DNA of 64,000 bases from positions 8,630 to 72,629 of the forward strand of contig NTJS01000002.1 in assembly GCA_002457155.1 (NCBI GenBank). Direction: 5' to 3'. Position 1 is the stretch's first letter. Each line of letters begins with the position of its first letter. Positions 8,346 through 18,249 of this stretch are shown one piece after another. Made by a program: the position numbers and the translations under genes. Origin of the DNA: Marine Group II euryarchaeote MED-G35. GTDB taxonomy: Archaea; Thermoplasmatota; Poseidoniia; Poseidoniales; Thalassarchaeaceae. The notes under the pieces were generated by a model. The model ran no database searches. It was given only the letters and a program-made list of their open reading frames with translations, and was not told the origin of the DNA.

Positions 8346-11300
8346 ATGATTATACTGGCCATACCTTCTGAAAATCCGATGGCATCGGTCGCAAGACTAC
8401 TCCTCCAACCCTCGTTCTGGGTTTGCATCCTCCTCGCAGCCACCCCGCTTTCTTCCATGATCGATGTTCCCGAGAAGGAGGATTTCCAGAGGATTGAGCT
8501 TGACCAGGAGGTCGTACCATGGTATGCCTCTAGTCCTGGTCACAGCGTCTTCGGGGAGTACGTTGGAGCTCATTGGTGCGGCCCTTGCATGAGCAGTGCC
8601 ACCCCATCGCTCGATAATCTGAAGACTTCTAATCCAGAGGATTTCACCTTCGTCTCATTCTTCGAATCGAGCAGCGACGGATGGCCTAGTGACGGTCCGA
8701 TAAATCGGCAGACCCACATAATGCAGGCATCATCCGGATACCCCACATTTTCATTCGCCGACCAGCAATCAGGATCATGCTACAAGGTTGGTGCAGGGGG
8801 GACAAACTACTACGACAGCGACTTCTCAAATGGCGGTTGCATGAATGCATCCACCGGCGACTTTCAGCTAGAACTCTCAATGTCGCTCAACTCTAGCACC
8901 GAAGAGGTCTCAATAACGCTGGAAGCAGTATACGTCGGCTCCGACCCTTCAGTCGACGTCTTCGTCTATGGGGCAGTGACCGAGAAGGTCGGTGCCGACC
9001 CCTATGATAATGGTGTCAGACCACATCACAACTGGAGGGGATGGCTCCTGAACAGCGCCGACTCTGGTTTCCAGGAATTGACCCTGACTCAAGGGACATG
9101 GGAATCGCACACCTGGGTCGCTCCTCTAAGCCTGGTGAGGGCAGCAGCTGGAAACACCCAGTGGGAGAATTTCTGGCCAGTATTTGCCCTGATGGACGGC
9201 CCACACTCATCCTACAACGAGTTCCTGGTCGCGATTGATCCTGATATGGGTCCGTTGATTGACGTTGGAATCTTGGAGTTCGAGGTGGAGAACACAAACC
9301 AGATGCCAGGTTTCATTCCCGGAGATATTCTGCAAATCTCAGCAAGGGTCTCCAACAACGGGGTCGAACCATACTCAGAGGGAGGGGAGCTCGGAATCTA
9401 CATCATCAGCGGCTCGGATGAGATTTACCTCGGAGGGCAGGCAATTGGGACTATCGGAGTGGCAGGCTCCTTCCTTCACCAGATCGATTTCGACACCTCT
9501 GAACTAGTGGCAATCCCCTCGGGGGTATCCACATTCAGGGCAAAACTGTTCGACATGGGCAGCGATCGCAATGCATCAAACGACTACGTCGATGATGTCG
9601 CATTACACGACATGCCACCAATTCCTTCGCAACCAGCAGCGACTGGCTCCACAACCTTCGAACGAGGGGACAGGGTTCAGTTCGAGACGTCTGCATTGCC
9701 CAATGACCTGGTTGACGAAATGTCCTCAATGACCCCACAGATGCAGTACTCAAAGTCGGGAGACAACGTTTGGGAGTCCTCTTGGATCTCTGAACCGGTG
9801 ATGGAGGGCTCAGGTGCAAATTTGGTGTACGTCCACACGATACAAACCCCTCCCAATGCAGAATCGGGTAAGTATGACACCAGAGTGATGTGGGAGGACG
9901 CTGCAGGCCAGCAAAGCGAATGGCTACTAACAATCGAGGCCTTTGAGCTCAGCAACGCACTCCCTAGGGTCCTGAGCAGCAACGATGCTGGATTCGTTGG
10001 CACCCCTACTGTGAAGATTGACTCTACAGAGACGATTTCCCTCGTCGGCCTTGTCAGGGACGCCGAGACTCCGTTGTCTATGCTATCTATCACTAGCTCC
10101 GACCCCGAGTTCAAGGGGTGGAACTCTGCCACCTCTGAGATTACCGTTCTCTTCAACTCAATTCTGGATGATTCAATGGGCAACCCAATCCCCCAGGGAA
10201 TCTCAATCTCCATCGACGATGGCGAGGACGTAAACAACGGACTTCTCCTGTTCAACGTTATCGAGAACGGAGCCCCAAGGTGGTCTCCGATACCCACTCA
10301 GGCAGTCTTCGAAGGCGGATCCGCCAGCACAATACTCACTGGATTCGTATCCGACTCCGATGAAAACGGCGATCCGGCCCCTGTATCCGAATTATCCTTG
10401 TCCATCGTATCGAACAGCAACGAAGACCTGATTCACGTTTCCATCGCGGACCAAACTATCACTGCGATCACCGCAAACGAGGACTACAACGGAGTGGCAG
10501 AGGTCGTGGTAATGGCGGACGACGGGGCAAAGTCATCCCAGACCTCCGTCGTCTTCTTTGTGATCAATGTCAACGACGCCCCCGAGATAGACATTTCTAG
10601 CCTCGAGGGGCTAACCATGAAGGCCGGGGAGACAGCATCCATCGGAATCCTACCACTGATGTCCGACGTCGATGACCCGGACGAGGAGATATGGGTCGAC
10701 GTCGACACCTCGGTCCCCGGCTCAGTCCAATTCGATCACATCAACGGCGCCCTCAACATGATGTGGGAAGATCCAGGGGAGCACAACGTCAAACTCACTC
10801 TGATAGACAGCCATGGGGATTGGAGCTCATCGCAGTTCGTCGTCACCATCCTCGACGCAAAGCCCTTGACATGGCAAACAGACTTTGACCAGGGTGACTT
10901 GGAGGTCCAAATAGAGGATTTCGCAATCGGGTCCAATCCTACAGTGACGATCGCGTATGATGGAGACGTAGAACTGGTCGATTCCGAGGTCCGGTGGTCT
11001 ATTTGCAACGGAATAGTCGGGATATGCCATTCAGCAGGGGCATCCGATGGCCTGGGCCCCTTCCAGGTGATTTCTTCTGATGGGTCCGGGCTCTCTATAG
11101 GAGACTACCTGACCCTTTCCGTGAAGGCGGTAGATGCCGATGGATGGGACCGTTCGACTCCCGAGCAGCTGGATATCCTAGTCCCAACCACGAATGAGCC
11201 TGAAACCCCCATACCGGAAGTAGAGGAGGATGACGACACGGAGGCGGACCAGCAGTCAGGAGGCGACGACTCTAGCCTCTCTGCAATGGAAATCGTCGTG

Positions 11301-11573
11301 GGAATACTTGTCCTGATGGTCTTCATCGGTGGAGGGACGATGGCCGGACTGTACTTCTCAGGGGCAATCGGCGGGAGCAGGGAGGGGGAATCCAAACCTC
11401 CTTATTCACCATCTCAAAACATTAGCCAGCCACAACAGGAAGAGACGGTTGACTTCGAGCACCCGGAAGAAATCCACCCTCCCCTGCCCGAGGGGGGCCT
11501 TCCCTCTGGCTGGACCATGGAGCAATGGAAGTACTACGGCGAGCAGTATCTCGAGAGGCAGAACCAGGGATAA
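8346..11573 (+). CDS. giant cell-surface protein: N-terminal thioredoxin-like module (WCGPC) + cadherin/Ig-like repeats + C-terminal TM anchor
   Basis: It has an N-terminal hydrophobic signal and WCGPC at nt 8574-8588. A long beta-rich repeat region contains VINVNDAPE. The C-terminus has a TM helix (EIVVGILVLMVFIGGGTMAGLYF) and a Pro/Gln-rich tail. Confidence 0.7.
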   Translation: MIILAIPSENPMASVARLLLQPSFWVCILLAATPLSSMIDVPEKEDFQRIELDQEVVPWYASSPGHSVFGEYVGAHWCGPCMSSATPSLDNLKTSNPEDFTFVSFFESSSDGWPSDGPINRQTHIMQASSGYPTFSFADQQSGSCYKVGAGGTNYYDSDFSNGGCMNASTGDFQLELSMSLNSSTEEVSITLEAVYVGSDPSVDVFVYGAVTEKVGADPYDNGVRPHHNWRGWLLNSADSGFQELTLTQGTWESHTWVAPLSLVRAAAGNTQWENFWPVFALMDGPHSSYNEFLVAIDPDMGPLIDVGILEFEVENTNQMPGFIPGDILQISARVSNNGVEPYSEGGELGIYIISGSDEIYLGGQAIGTIGVAGSFLHQIDFDTSELVAIPSGVSTFRAKLFDMGSDRNASNDYVDDVALHDMPPIPSQPAATGSTTFERGDRVQFETSALPNDLVDEMSSMTPQMQYSKSGDNVWESSWISEPVMEGSGANLVYVHTIQTPPNAESGKYDTRVMWEDAAGQQSEWLLTIEAFELSNALPRVLSSNDAGFVGTPTVKIDSTETISLVGLVRDAETPLSMLSITSSDPEFKGWNSATSEITVLFNSILDDSMGNPIPQGISISIDDGEDVNNGLLLFNVIENGAPRWSPIPTQAVFEGGSASTILTGFVSDSDENGDPAPVSELSLSIVSNSNEDLIHVSIADQTITAITANEDYNGVAEVVVMADDGAKSSQTSVVFFVINVNDAPEIDISSLEGLTMKAGETASIGILPLMSDVDDPDEEIWVDVDTSVPGSVQFDHINGALNMMWEDPGEHNVKLTLIDSHGDWSSSQFVVTILDAKPLTWQTDFDQGDLEVQIEDFAIGSNPTVTIAYDGDVELVDSEVRWSICNGIVGICHSAGASDGLGPFQVISSDGSGLSIGDYLTLSVKAVDADGWDRSTPEQLDILVPTTNEPETPIPEVEEDDDTEADQQSGGDDSSLSAMEIVVGILVLMVFIGGGTMAGLYFSGAIGGSREGESKPPYSPSQNISQPQQEETVDFEHPEEIHPPLPEGGLPSGWTMEQWKYYGEQYLERQNQG

Positions 11574-11642
11574 TGATCCCCAGACCGAGCAAACGCACCT
11601 TCAAGAAGGTGTTACTGGCAGGAAAGTCCCCGAGGGATAGCC

Positions 11643-13697
11643 ATGACGGAACAGGACCAGCCGGACGAAGAAGTCAAGAAACCCGAAAAGGATCCACTAG
11701 ACTCTTGGGAAGACGGCTCTGCATTCGGCGTCTCAGATGACTCTGACCCAGTATGCGACACTCCCGTCGAGGAGTGGATCGAGGGATTGGACATCGAGTC
11801 CACGGAGCAGGTCCCAATCCCGCCAAAACTAGTCGATCAGGTTATTGGCCAAGAAGCAGCTTCGATAGTGGTCAGGAAGGCCTCCGAGCAGAGGCGACAC
11901 ATGATCATGGTCGGAGAACCAGGCACAGGCAAGTCCATGCTCGCTCGCTCGATGACAGAGTTCCTCCCGCCCGAGCAGCTAGAGGACATATTGGTCTACA
12001 GAAATCACGAGGACGAGAACGAGCCGAAAGTTCGCACGGTCCCAGCAGGCAGGGGCTCCAGGCTCATCGCTGAGCGAAGGGCTCATGTGCGACAGCAGAG
12101 GGAGCGAACCAACAGGACCCTCCTGTTCATCGCCCTGGTCGTCGGCGCGGCCCTCTTGCTAGCGACTATCTCCTCGGGAGAGATACTCACGTTCATTTTC
12201 GGCTCGTTCATACTGGTTTTCGGCTACTTCTTCCTCAGGACCAGGCTCACCGCAGGCGATGAGTCCAACATCCCAAAACTGCTGATCAAGCACGAGAGGA
12301 GCGACGAGCCCCCTTTCATCGACGCAACCGGGACCCTCGCTGGAGCGCTTCTGGGAGACGTAAGGCACGACCCGTTCCAATCCGGTGCGGATCTCGCGAC
12401 CCCCGCTCACGAGCGAGTAGAACCCGGAGCGGTCCACAGGGCCAACAAGGGCGTACTCTATATCGATGAGATCAGGATGCTCAGGATGGAGGAGCAACAG
12501 GCCCTTCTAGTAGCCATGCAGGAGAGGGAACTTTCCATCAGCGGGCGTTCGGAGAGGTCCTCGGGGGCCCTGACGAAGTCCGAGCCCGTTCCGACGGACT
12601 TCATCTTGGTCGCAGCCGGGAACCTCGATAGCATCCAGAACATGCATCCGGCACTGAGGAGCAGGATCAGGGGGTACGGATACGAGGTATACGTCAATAC
12701 CGACATGAAGGATACAGAGAGGAACAGACGCAGGTTGATTCGATTTATTGCACAGGAGGTCAGGAACGAGATGGTCAAGGACTCCGGCAAGTCAATCCCT
12801 CACTTCGACAAGCAAGCTATCTCCCTAATCCTCAAGGAGGCACAGAGGAGAAGCGGGAGAAGGGGCAAACTGTCCCTCAGACTTCGTGAACTGGGGGGAC
12901 TTGTCCGAATCGCAGGAGACTTGGCAGCGGAGGAATCCTCCTCACTCACACATTCCAAGCACGTGATAAGGGCAAGGGCAATCGCAAAGCCCCTGGAGCA
13001 GCAAGTGGCAGATAGGTACCTGGAGAGGCAGTCAGAGTACGCCATGCTCGTGAACGAGGGCACAAGGGTCGGCAGGGTGAACGGATTAGCCGTACTGGGG
13101 GCGGACACAGGTCTGTCAGACTACTCCGGAGTGGTCCTCCCGGTCGAGGCCATGGTTACCCCCACGCAGGGGAGGTCGGGCCAGGTAATCGCAACCGGGG
13201 GCCTATCTGACTTGGCAAAGGAGAGTGTCACAAACATCAGCGCTGTAGTGAAGAAGCTCACCGGCAAGGACATCAGGGACTTCGATTTGCACGTGCAGTT
13301 CCCAGGAACTCACAACGTGGACGGGGATAGCGCCTCCATAACCATGGCCACGGCAATCATCAGCGCCTTCGAGGGCGTTCCGATAGACCAGAACCTAGCG
13401 ATGACTGGGTCATTGACCGTTCGCGGCGAGGTTCTCCCGATAGGTGGCGTCTCAGCCAAGATAGAGGCCGCAGCTAAGTCCGGGATTAAGCGAGTCATCA
13501 TTCCGAGGTCGAACATGAACGATGTCCTAATCGACGAGAAATACGAGTCGCAGGTCGAGATCCTGGCTGTAGACTCACTCGATGAGGTTCTCGAGCACGC
13601 ACTGGTCGGCAAGGAGGAGAAGGTGAGCCTAGTTGAGAGGCTAGCCCAGGTGATAGACACAATCTCCACTGGGACGGACAAGCAGCCATCCGCGTGA
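11643..13697 (+). CDS. lon: archaeal membrane-bound Lon protease (LonB)
   Basis: Walker A GEPGTGKSM is present. Two TM helices are inserted in the AAA+ domain (LLFIALVVGAALLLA, ILTFIFGSFILVFGYFFL). The protease Ser motif is GDSASITMATAIISA. Confidence 0.9.
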   Translation: MTEQDQPDEEVKKPEKDPLDSWEDGSAFGVSDDSDPVCDTPVEEWIEGLDIESTEQVPIPPKLVDQVIGQEAASIVVRKASEQRRHMIMVGEPGTGKSMLARSMTEFLPPEQLEDILVYRNHEDENEPKVRTVPAGRGSRLIAERRAHVRQQRERTNRTLLFIALVVGAALLLATISSGEILTFIFGSFILVFGYFFLRTRLTAGDESNIPKLLIKHERSDEPPFIDATGTLAGALLGDVRHDPFQSGADLATPAHERVEPGAVHRANKGVLYIDEIRMLRMEEQQALLVAMQERELSISGRSERSSGALTKSEPVPTDFILVAAGNLDSIQNMHPALRSRIRGYGYEVYVNTDMKDTERNRRRLIRFIAQEVRNEMVKDSGKSIPHFDKQAISLILKEAQRRSGRRGKLSLRLRELGGLVRIAGDLAAEESSSLTHSKHVIRARAIAKPLEQQVADRYLERQSEYAMLVNEGTRVGRVNGLAVLGADTGLSDYSGVVLPVEAMVTPTQGRSGQVIATGGLSDLAKESVTNISAVVKKLTGKDIRDFDLHVQFPGTHNVDGDSASITMATAIISAFEGVPIDQNLAMTGSLTVRGEVLPIGGVSAKIEAAAKSGIKRVIIPRSNMNDVLIDEKYESQVEILAVDSLDEVLEHALVGKEEKVSLVERLAQVIDTISTGTDKQPSA

Positions 13698-13746
13698 ACC
13701 ACTAACCAATTCTTGAAGTGCCACTTCTCGCAGCGGTGCCGGTACA

Positions 13747-15081
13747 ATGCCTTCCAGACAACGCTCCCCAATGGGAATTCTGTTCCTCGTCGTCCTAGTG
13801 GACATGCTAGGACTCACCCTTGTCATCCCTTTCCTGACATACTTCGTACAGGATCTGGCCTCGGCTGAGGGGATAGTGGACACCGGCTCCCGCGACTTCT
13901 GGGTGGGAATCGTGATTGCAACCTACTCCCTAGCCCAGTTCATCTCGACCCCGATACTAGGGGCGATTTCGGATCGCCTGGGAAGGCGCCCAGTCCTTAT
14001 GTTCGGCCTCGCGGCTAATTCGGTATTCTTCATCGTCTTCGGTTTGTCCGGCAGCCTCGCTATGGCGGTCATCGCCCGCTTCCTAGCCGGAGCTGGGAAC
14101 GGCAACATCGCAGTAGCCAAGGCATACATCGGGGATATCAGCGAGGACGAAGAGGTAGCAGGCAGGATGGGCATGCTGGGTGCGGCATTCGGGCTCGGTT
14201 TCATGATCGGGCCATTCATCGGCGGGGTCCTCTCCGACCCAGCGACTGGCTTCGGTGGGCCCTTCGACAGCCAGTTCTGGATGGACTACCCCTATCTTCT
14301 GCCCTGCATCTTCTCCAGTGCCATGTCCTCGATAGCACTACTCCTTGCCTTCTTCAAGCTCCCTGAGAGTCTCTCGCCAGAGTCTAGGTCCGAGTCCGAG
14401 AAATCGCCAATTGCTCATCTCGGTGAGACGTTCTCAAGAATCACATCCGTGATGCGAATGCCAAACATCTCCTCTCTGGTAAACGTGAACTTTCTGTTCC
14501 TGATCGGATTCACCATGATGCATGGGACCTTCATACTCTTCACATCGATGGACCCGGATAGCGGCGGGCTAGGTTGGAGCGAGAGGGACAACGGATGGGC
14601 ATTCGCATTCGTGGGCCTGCTAGGCGTCATCGTGCAGGGGGGTTTGATCAGACCACTTACTCGGAGGTTCAGCCTCAGGGGGATGATGATCGTGGGGACC
14701 GCTCTCACTGGCCTTGGGATCTCAAGCATCCCCTACGCCTCGTCGGAGGTCAGCTGGCTGATATTCGGCTCCTGCGCTGGTTTCGCGATTGGCAACGGGG
14801 TCTTCATGCCCACACAGAGCTCGCTTCTTACGTTCGCTACGAAGGATGGCGGATACGAGTTGGGGACAATTATGGGGGCACAGGAGGGACTTGGTGCCCT
14901 GGCTCGGATCATCGGCCCATTCCTCTCAGCAGTGATATGGGCCTCCACCGTTGAGGGTACGGGGCTTTGGTCTTACCACACTTGCTTCAGGGTCTCCGGG
15001 CTCTTCTTCCTAGCAGCACTTTTACTCCAACTCCGGTTACGGGCGCCCGGGGGGCGAAACCCCATGCCAGGGGGAACCTGA
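13747..15081 (+). CDS. MFS transporter
   Basis: There are about 12 TM segments. MFS motif A is GAISDRLGRRPVLM. Confidence 0.8.
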   Translation: MPSRQRSPMGILFLVVLVDMLGLTLVIPFLTYFVQDLASAEGIVDTGSRDFWVGIVIATYSLAQFISTPILGAISDRLGRRPVLMFGLAANSVFFIVFGLSGSLAMAVIARFLAGAGNGNIAVAKAYIGDISEDEEVAGRMGMLGAAFGLGFMIGPFIGGVLSDPATGFGGPFDSQFWMDYPYLLPCIFSSAMSSIALLLAFFKLPESLSPESRSESEKSPIAHLGETFSRITSVMRMPNISSLVNVNFLFLIGFTMMHGTFILFTSMDPDSGGLGWSERDNGWAFAFVGLLGVIVQGGLIRPLTRRFSLRGMMIVGTALTGLGISSIPYASSEVSWLIFGSCAGFAIGNGVFMPTQSSLLTFATKDGGYELGTIMGAQEGLGALARIIGPFLSAVIWASTVEGTGLWSYHTCFRVSGLFFLAALLLQLRLRAPGGRNPMPGGT

Positions 15082-15082
15082 T

Positions 15083-15874
15083 TTGTCCATACCAGCAGTC
15101 GTCGCCCATGGTGGTGCAGGAGCGGGTCCAGAGAGGCTGGCAAATGTTGAGAGGGCAGTGGCGATCGCTGCAGGAATTCTCGAGTCCGGAGGTTCTGCCG
15201 TGGAAGCGGCACTGGAGGCTTGCGTAGTTCTGGAGGATGACCCAGTTTTCAACGCCGGGACTGGCGCGGTCTTCAGGACTGATGGGTCTGTTCTCCTCGA
15301 TGCCTCTATTCAGGTCTCGGACGGTAGGATGGGCTTCGTAATCGCAATGGAGGACACCCCTAACCCGATTAGGGTTGCAGCCGAACTACTTGACGAGGAA
15401 ATAAACGGCCTAACTGGAGGAGGGGCAAGGACTTGGGCAGATGCCAAGGGCATCGAAAAGGCCCCAGTTGAGGGCAGACCCCCATTCAAGGAGGCTACCG
15501 ACACGGTCGGAGTAATCGCTAGGGACCGTTCGGGCTCCATAGCCTGCGCAACAAGCACGGGTGGGTGCAGCGACAGGCCTCCTGGAAGGGTCGGTGACGT
15601 GCCACTGCCGGGATGCGGATTCTGGGTCCAAGACGGAGTCGGGGTGGGCGCGACAGGAATCGGCGAGGCGATCACAAGGGGGATGCTCAGCTTCAGGGTG
15701 GCAGAGAGGATCCTTGACTGCGGAGACCTCGAGGAGTCGATGATGTGGGCACTGGAAGAATGCTTGGAGGATGGTGCTGAGGTGGGGATGATAGCGCTTG
15801 GCTCAGAGGGCACCGGGCATGGCCTGGCCAACAGCGAGAACATGCCATGGTCATCGTGGATCGCAAGGAAGTGA
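15083..15874 (+). CDS. isoaspartyl peptidase / L-asparaginase (Ntn hydrolase, plant-type asparaginase family)
   Basis: The family motifs HGGAG, the nucleophile context DTVGVIARD and ATSTGG are present. The TTG start lies 2 nt after the MFS stop. Confidence 0.8.
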   Translation: MSIPAVVAHGGAGAGPERLANVERAVAIAAGILESGGSAVEAALEACVVLEDDPVFNAGTGAVFRTDGSVLLDASIQVSDGRMGFVIAMEDTPNPIRVAAELLDEEINGLTGGGARTWADAKGIEKAPVEGRPPFKEATDTVGVIARDRSGSIACATSTGGCSDRPPGRVGDVPLPGCGFWVQDGVGVGATGIGEAITRGMLSFRVAERILDCGDLEESMMWALEECLEDGAEVGMIALGSEGTGHGLANSENMPWSSWIARK

Positions 15875-15935
15875 ACTCGCTCACTTGGGATGCGCTTAAG
15901 GAGGGGCCTATGTTGGAAGACACGGAGATGGGACC

Positions 15936-16211
15936 TTGTCAGATATCGATACTCGCATCAATCAGATTGCGCAGGTCCTCGGGCAACTAGACGACAACCA
16001 GGTGCCCCGCAACATCAGGTCGGCCTCGAAGGACGCCGTGGATAAGTGGCTCCTCAATGCTGGGAAGGACATGGATGTCAGGCTCGGAATGACCGCTTCG
16101 ATATTGGATGAGATATTCAACGACCCCAACCTGCCAGGGCACTACGGGCCCCTATGCCTCCAGATACAAGCTGCACTGGAGGAGATGCTGAACGAAGTCA
16201 GCCGCTCCTGA
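15936..16211 (+). CDS. small conserved archaeal protein, UPF0147-like
   Basis: The 91-aa helical protein has VPRNIRSASKDA ... LDEIFNDPNLP, which resembles the UPF0147 family as I remember it. It uses a TTG start. Confidence 0.5.
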   Translation: MSDIDTRINQIAQVLGQLDDNQVPRNIRSASKDAVDKWLLNAGKDMDVRLGMTASILDEIFNDPNLPGHYGPLCLQIQAALEEMLNEVSRS

Positions 16212-16214
16212 GAA

Positions 16215-17366
16215 TTGAAGAGCCAGACCCCATCAGTAAACCTGTTAGACATGTCCCAATGGACCAACCTCTCGTACGCAAACGTCGCCACGACCTCACC
16301 AAGGGCTCACCGCGTATCCTCTGAGTGGGCCGATTCGCTCGCTAGGGGCGGTGCTGCAGAGTTCGACGGGGAGGCTGAGAAGGAGGGGATGATGCCCCTA
16401 AGGCACGCAGCTTCGAAACTCCTCTCGTGCGGGGTCGGGGACGTATGCGTCGGCTCCAGTGCGACCGAGCTCCTTTGCTCGCTCGCTTGGGCGATATCGC
16501 CTCCCGAGGGATCCAACGTGGTCTCCAGTAGAGTGGCGTTCCCCTCCACCGTCTATCCTTGGTCCAGGGTCTGCGAGTCCAATGGCGCAGAGATCCGACT
16601 CGCCGAACACGATGACTCCCTGTACACTGACCCTGATGGCATATTGTCTTTGATCGATGAGAAGACCTCGGTAGTCACGGTCTCGCACGTGGAGTACTCC
16701 AATGGCCAGAGGTACGATCTCGAGAAACTCTCCGAAGCCGCCCACTCCGTGGGAGCACTACTAGTCGTGGATGCCACCCAATCGATGGGGATGGTACCTA
16801 TCGACGCGTACTCCACCAAGGCAGACGCCATCATCTCCTCCGGATACAAGTGGTTGAGGGGGACTTACGGTGCAGCTGTCGGGTTCATCTCCCCCTCCGT
16901 GGTGAGCGACCTCAACCCGGGCCTGATAGGCTTCAGGAGCAACGCCGACCTATGGGACCTCCGAGCAGACAGGCTCGTTCTGCCCGATGACGCGAGCAGA
17001 TTCGAGTACACCACCATTCACTTCGGAGCAGTCCTCGGACTAGCTGCGGCTATCGACGAACTGATTGGGATAGGGATGGAAGAGGTCTGGAGGCATGACT
17101 TGGAGCTCATCGACTCGCTGATCCAAGGGGTTCGGGACATGGGGGTCGAGATCGCCTCCCCACTGACAGAGACTGAGAGGAGTGCAATAGTCAGCCTGAG
17201 GCTTCCCAGCGGCACCAGCAGCGAGGACGTCGCAAAACGCCTGCAATCGGAATATTCTATCCTCGTAACCAGCCGATCGGGTCTGCTGCGAGTATCCCCG
17301 CATATCGACAACAACCTCCAAGAGATCGAGTCACTGTTATCGGCGCTGGATGAAATCCTATCATAG
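16215..17366 (+). CDS. class V aminotransferase-fold PLP-dependent enzyme (cysteine desulfurase-like)
   Basis: The fold-type I layout carries a PLP-lysine context SSGYKWLRG. The start is uncertain. Confidence 0.7.
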   Translation: MKSQTPSVNLLDMSQWTNLSYANVATTSPRAHRVSSEWADSLARGGAAEFDGEAEKEGMMPLRHAASKLLSCGVGDVCVGSSATELLCSLAWAISPPEGSNVVSSRVAFPSTVYPWSRVCESNGAEIRLAEHDDSLYTDPDGILSLIDEKTSVVTVSHVEYSNGQRYDLEKLSEAAHSVGALLVVDATQSMGMVPIDAYSTKADAIISSGYKWLRGTYGAAVGFISPSVVSDLNPGLIGFRSNADLWDLRADRLVLPDDASRFEYTTIHFGAVLGLAAAIDELIGIGMEEVWRHDLELIDSLIQGVRDMGVEIASPLTETERSAIVSLRLPSGTSSEDVAKRLQSEYSILVTSRSGLLRVSPHIDNNLQEIESLLSALDEILS

Positions 17367-17981
17367 ATATGGCTGTATTATTGCTCCCGCGATTACGAAC
17401 ATCACTACGGCAATGCCCCTATCGATAACCCTCCAGGCTCCCGGGCTGTTCAGGACGCCAGACAGCCTCTTAGCCCCGTAACCAAGCGAGAAGAAGAAAA
17501 CGAATGAGGCCGTTGCAGCGCCAACTCCGAAGGCCAATCTCTCGTCTCCGATGAAACCAGTAGAAGCCCCACCGATTAGAAGTAGGGTGTCGAAGTAGAC
17601 GTGAGGGTTCAGGAACGTGATCGCCAATAGAGTCGCCATGGTGGCCGACAAACTCCCTTCTGCATCTCCCTCGATGATAATCGCCTCTGGGTTCATCGAC
17701 GACTTTACCCTCAGGAACCCATATCCAGACAGGAAGGCGGCTGCTCCGAAGGCAATGAACGACTCGGCACCCCCTATGCTAGAGACCAATGCCCCCACCC
17801 CCAGTATCCCGGCGGCAATCAGGCTGACATCAGCCAAGGAGCAAACCAGGCATGTCACAAAAACATAGGATCTCTTCAGGCCCTGCCTCATTACGAACGC
17901 ATTTTGAGGTCCTATTGCGAGGATTAATCCCAAACTTAGAGCGAAACCTTCGAGTCCAGCAGACCCGACACTCATGCTCAT
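17361..17981 (-). CDS. LysE/ArgO family amino-acid exporter
   Basis: The N-terminal motif is [19 protein letters not shown]. The product is about 200 aa with 6 TM segments. Confidence 0.8.
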   Translation of the reverse strand: MSMSVGSAGLEGFALSLGLILAIGPQNAFVMRQGLKRSYVFVTCLVCSLADVSLIAAGILGVGALVSSIGGAESFIAFGAAAFLSGYGFLRVKSSMNPEAIIIEGDAEGSLSATMATLLAITFLNPHVYFDTLLLIGGASTGFIGDERLAFGVGAATASFVFFFSLGYGAKRLSGVLNSPGAWRVIDRGIAVVMFVIAGAIIQPYL

Positions 17982-18145
17982 GCCTTACTACGCTCTGAAG
18001 CCTTCTTCCTTAGACCGGTGTACCCGCACTTCCTGCAGGATCGTGGTGGCTTGATTCCACCGTGAGCGCGATGAGTTGCGGAGCATTTCATGCAGACCCA
18101 CTTGATCAGGAGCCTTGCTTCCGCCTCAGGATGCCTCTGTGCCAT
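17978..18145 (-). CDS. rpl40e: 50S ribosomal protein L40e
   Basis: The sequence [19 protein letters not shown]...[12 protein letters not shown] carries the L40e Cys4 ribbon. I chose the internal ATG at 18145. Its stop overlaps the LysE start in an ATGA. Confidence 0.8.
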   Translation of the reverse strand: MAQRHPEAEARLLIKWVCMKCSATHRAHGGIKPPRSCRKCGYTGLRKKASERSKA

Positions 18146-18249
18146 GTTGTCGCGCGACCTGCCCGGCATTCATAACCGCTTCCCACGCCCCCCCATCCCA
18201 TGTCCCTCCTCCAAAGCATTCAAACACATCTGGCCGTGTTACTAGTCAC

